A stretch of DNA of 54,854 nucleotides, counting the filler, from Jimgerdemannia flammicorona (Eukaryota): NCBI GenBank assembly GCA_003990765.1. It is 3 parts of 3 records of this genome, joined end to end, with 100 filler letters (N's around TTAATTAATTAA, not from the genome) between each part and the next. Parts side by side here need not be neighbours in the genome. Positions count along the whole stretch, not along the records: positions 36,638 to 54,854 come from RBNJ01002262.1; 2 more parts are not named here. One strand, 5' to 3'. The translations under genes were made by a program, and so were the position numbers. The notes under the pieces are model-generated. The model did no database searches. It saw nothing but the letters and a program-made list of their open reading frames with translations, and was not told the origin of the DNA. Each line of letters starts with the position of its first letter. Within the stretch, counting starts at the first letter, position 1. Positions 52,001 through 54,854 of this stretch are shown in pieces.

Positions 52001-54849
52001 GGAGGCTGGTAAGGTGGCTGATAGACAGAGGAGGAAGAGGATGTTGTGGACATCTGTTAGACTGATGAGGCTGCTGGAGGATTGGGCAGGTTTGTTGGAC
52101 CTGGAGGGAGTGGAGAATTGGAGATTATTATGGGTGAAAAAGGAGATTGTTGAGTTGTAACAGATATTGCAGGAGGAGGAGGAAGTACAGGTGTAGAGTT
52201 TGGCAGTATGACTACATTGATAGAGGCTGGAGGAAGGAGAGAGGCCCTCTAAGTTTCTCACAAGAGCCCTTCAGACAAGGAGAGTTCAGCAGAGGTGGGA
52301 GGGAGTTCTTGACTCTGAGGAGCTATTGGTGCCTAGTATACAAGATATTCTCAGGTCATTGAAGAAGAGGTGGAGTGGTTTGTGGAGTAAGGAGGAGAGT
52401 GGGACTGATGCTGCCATCATTGATCATGTCTTGGAGAATTGGCACCCACCATAGGTGGAAGAACTGAGTGATCTAGTATTGCCGGTGCAGGAGGAGGAGA
52501 TTCACTAGGTTCTTGCCATGACTAAGCTGAGTATAGTACTAGGAGAGAATAGTCTGCCCTGGGATTTCTGAAAGAAGATAGTGGGTGTACCCAGTATACT
52601 AGGAGAGCTGAGGGCACTTTGTAACTTAGTACTATAGTCTGGAAGATAGATAGAGAAGCAGTATTTGGAACTGATAGCACTGCTATATAAGAATAAGGGC
52701 AGAAGAGAGGACTGGAAGAACTGGAGGCTGATCATACTACTGGACATAGACAGAAAGTTGATTACTAAGGTGGTAGTAGTGAGGCTGCAGAAGGTGGCCT
52801 AATAGGTCTTGAGGGAGGAGCAGTAGGGCTTTATTGGGGGCCAGCTCATTCAGGATAGCACAGCTTAAGTACATGGCATTATTGAAGAGATATGAGCCTG
52901 TGGACTGGATGGATGCCTGGTCTTCTTGGATCAGGAAAAAGCATATGACTGTATTTAGTAAATCTGGCTGACAAAGATATTAGATCAGATTGATGTCCCT
53001 CAATAGTTCTGAGCAGCAATAGTCAGCCTATAAGAAGGGAGCAGAGCTGCACTCATGTGTAATGGGCATCAAGAGGTGGCTTTCTCTCTGGGTAGGGGTG
53101 TTCCCCAGGGAGACCTGCTGTCCTTCATTCTATATATGCTCTTCTTAGAGTCTTTAATAGATAGGATTTAGTGGAGAATAAGAGAGCTTTCAGTATTTGG
53201 TATTGGGTGGAAGGTTGGTGCCTTTGCAGATAATATGGTGGTTGGCCTGAGCTCTATCACCAATATTGAGAAACTCAAAGAGACTATGGAGTGGTATGAG
53301 ATGTACTCTGGGGCTAAACTCAATTGGCATAAGTATGAAACAATGGTACTGGGTAATGGTCTGATAGAGAGAGATGTCATCAGAACAATTGTCTCTGCTG
53401 GGGAGGCAGTGAAGTACTTGGGCATTTATCTCTCAGTATATGGGTCAGTTCTACCAAGACTCTGGTAGGAGCAGTGGGTTGTTATCTAGAGAGAGGCCCT
53501 GTAGAGTTAAGGAGGCTGCTACTTTTCTCTAGTAGGGTATATTTCTATCTTGAATGTTTACTGGCTGCCAAAGTTGTAGTATTTGGCTTATCATCTGGAC
53601 TTCTTGGCCTGGGTGGTGAAGAGACTACTAAAACTGACCAAGGGGTGGATTTAGACTGAGAGGAGGAGTCAGATTAGCTGGGAAATTCTGTCTTTACTGG
53701 TGACTAGAGGGGGTCTCAGGCTGGTAGACTTTCCAAAGAGGTTATACTATCTGAGAGTATGGTGGCTGAAGAGAGCTGTAGAGCTGAGGGGTGGCAGCTG
53801 GATTCCCCTGATGAAGAAGGTCTGGGAGATGAGGTCTTCACTGAGAGGCTCCACAGGAGATCTACTGTCTTTGATTGGGCTTCAGAATAATAGGTATATG
53901 CAGTTTCAGGGCTTCTGGTAGGGAGTCACAGATGGGGCACACCACATTAGCATTCATTGGCAGAGAGATGAAGAAGAGATACTATAGGGCTCAGTGATGT
54001 GAAAATAGGACTGAGTGTTGCTGGGGGGCATTCCCCTTAGTGACTTTGATATTGGTGATGGGGTTGAGCACCAGAGGGGATTGGGGCAGGATCTGTGGCC
54101 TAGCAGATGGCAGTTGGTAGGTATCAGAGAAGAGTGGGACTGAAATAGAGTCTGGGCCTAGAGTGCTGAGGTTAGGTAGTAGCTGCTATCAAAGTATTGA
54201 GTGGTCTGGTGATATATGTTAAAGAGGAATATATGCTCAATTTTCACTTTGGCCACCTTGTGGAAGGGGGAAACTTTGACTATGAGGAGTACTACAATAT
54301 TGAACAGGAAGGGGGCTTTATACAGATGTCTGAACATTGACTAGAGGAATATAAGGTACTTAGCAACTTCTGAATAGTAGTTGGAAAGCAACTGGATATC
54401 ATATAGAGGAGAGATGGTGTGTGGGGTTGGTGGGAGGATTTGCAGGATAGATTGATGAGAGAGGTTAAGAAGGAGTAGCTTACTTTAGATTGGGTGTTGG
54501 CTGCATAGGTGGGGTTAGTAGATCACTGGTTGTTTGTTTTTAAGAAAGTGAGATATCTAGACTTAGGGGTACAACTGATATAATGGGAAGAGTTAATGGA
54601 GGATACTCTGATAGGCTGATGGCTTGGTTGGGGTCTGCAGAGTGGTCAGCAGTATTGTTTGGTAGAGAGAATCTGTAGACAGAGTGGAGAGAGAGTTGGG
54701 GTAGTGGGGGATAGGGTGATTTTCAAGTATAGAGAGGTCGGGAGAAGGGGTTTCCCTATGGAGATTGGGTAGTGGGAGAAGATAATGTAATACTATGTAT
54801 AGACTGATAATAAATGGCAGAGTTTGAGTAACTATAAAAAAAAAAAAAA
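49040..54849 (+). mobile_element. Near full-length degenerate L1/Tx1-clade LINE (ORF1; ORF2 = APE endonuclease + RT)
   Basis: ORF2 from ATG 51124 (FSLNVNRL..ADLFFLQ, GDFN, RID, SD). RT motifs NWRLIILLDIDRK, LDQEKAYD, GVPQGDLLS, AFADN and KYLG. Poly(A) at 54836-54849. The 5' boundary is approximate. Confidence 0.85.
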
Positions 54850-54854
54850 GACAA

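Overview
Eukaryotic, intron-rich DNA, most likely from a fungus. The genes and transposon families suggest an early-diverging, Mucoromycota-like lineage (inference). The window is three pieces joined by N-gaps carrying an artificial TTAATTAATTAA linker (18220-18319, 36538-36637), so adjacency across the gaps is unproven. Five host genes sit in CpG-rich islands: a Ser/Pro-rich unknown protein, an FHA-domain Chk2/Dun1-like kinase, PAC3/PSMG3, kynurenine 3-monooxygenase, and a Kelch-repeat membrane protein. Most of the remainder is nested transposon relics degraded almost entirely by C>T/G>A transitions, so the ORF track misses them. Reading through the stop codons by hand gives the main results. 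(1) An IS607-type element at 12245-14288 with serine-recombinase TnpA (apparently carrying a spliceosomal intron), a TnpB/Fanzor2 RuvC nuclease and an omegaRNA-like 3' hairpin. (2) Three unrelated long LTRs that each carry a homologous unknown ORF inside the LTR itself. (3) A complete chromovirus with a dUTPase between the Gag zinc knuckle and the protease. (4) A transition-only, RIP-like mutation pattern. Also present are Sola-like, hAT, MITE, Helitron, Penelope-like, L1/Tx1 and SINE-like relics. All family assignments come from manual translation and remembered motifs, not database searches.
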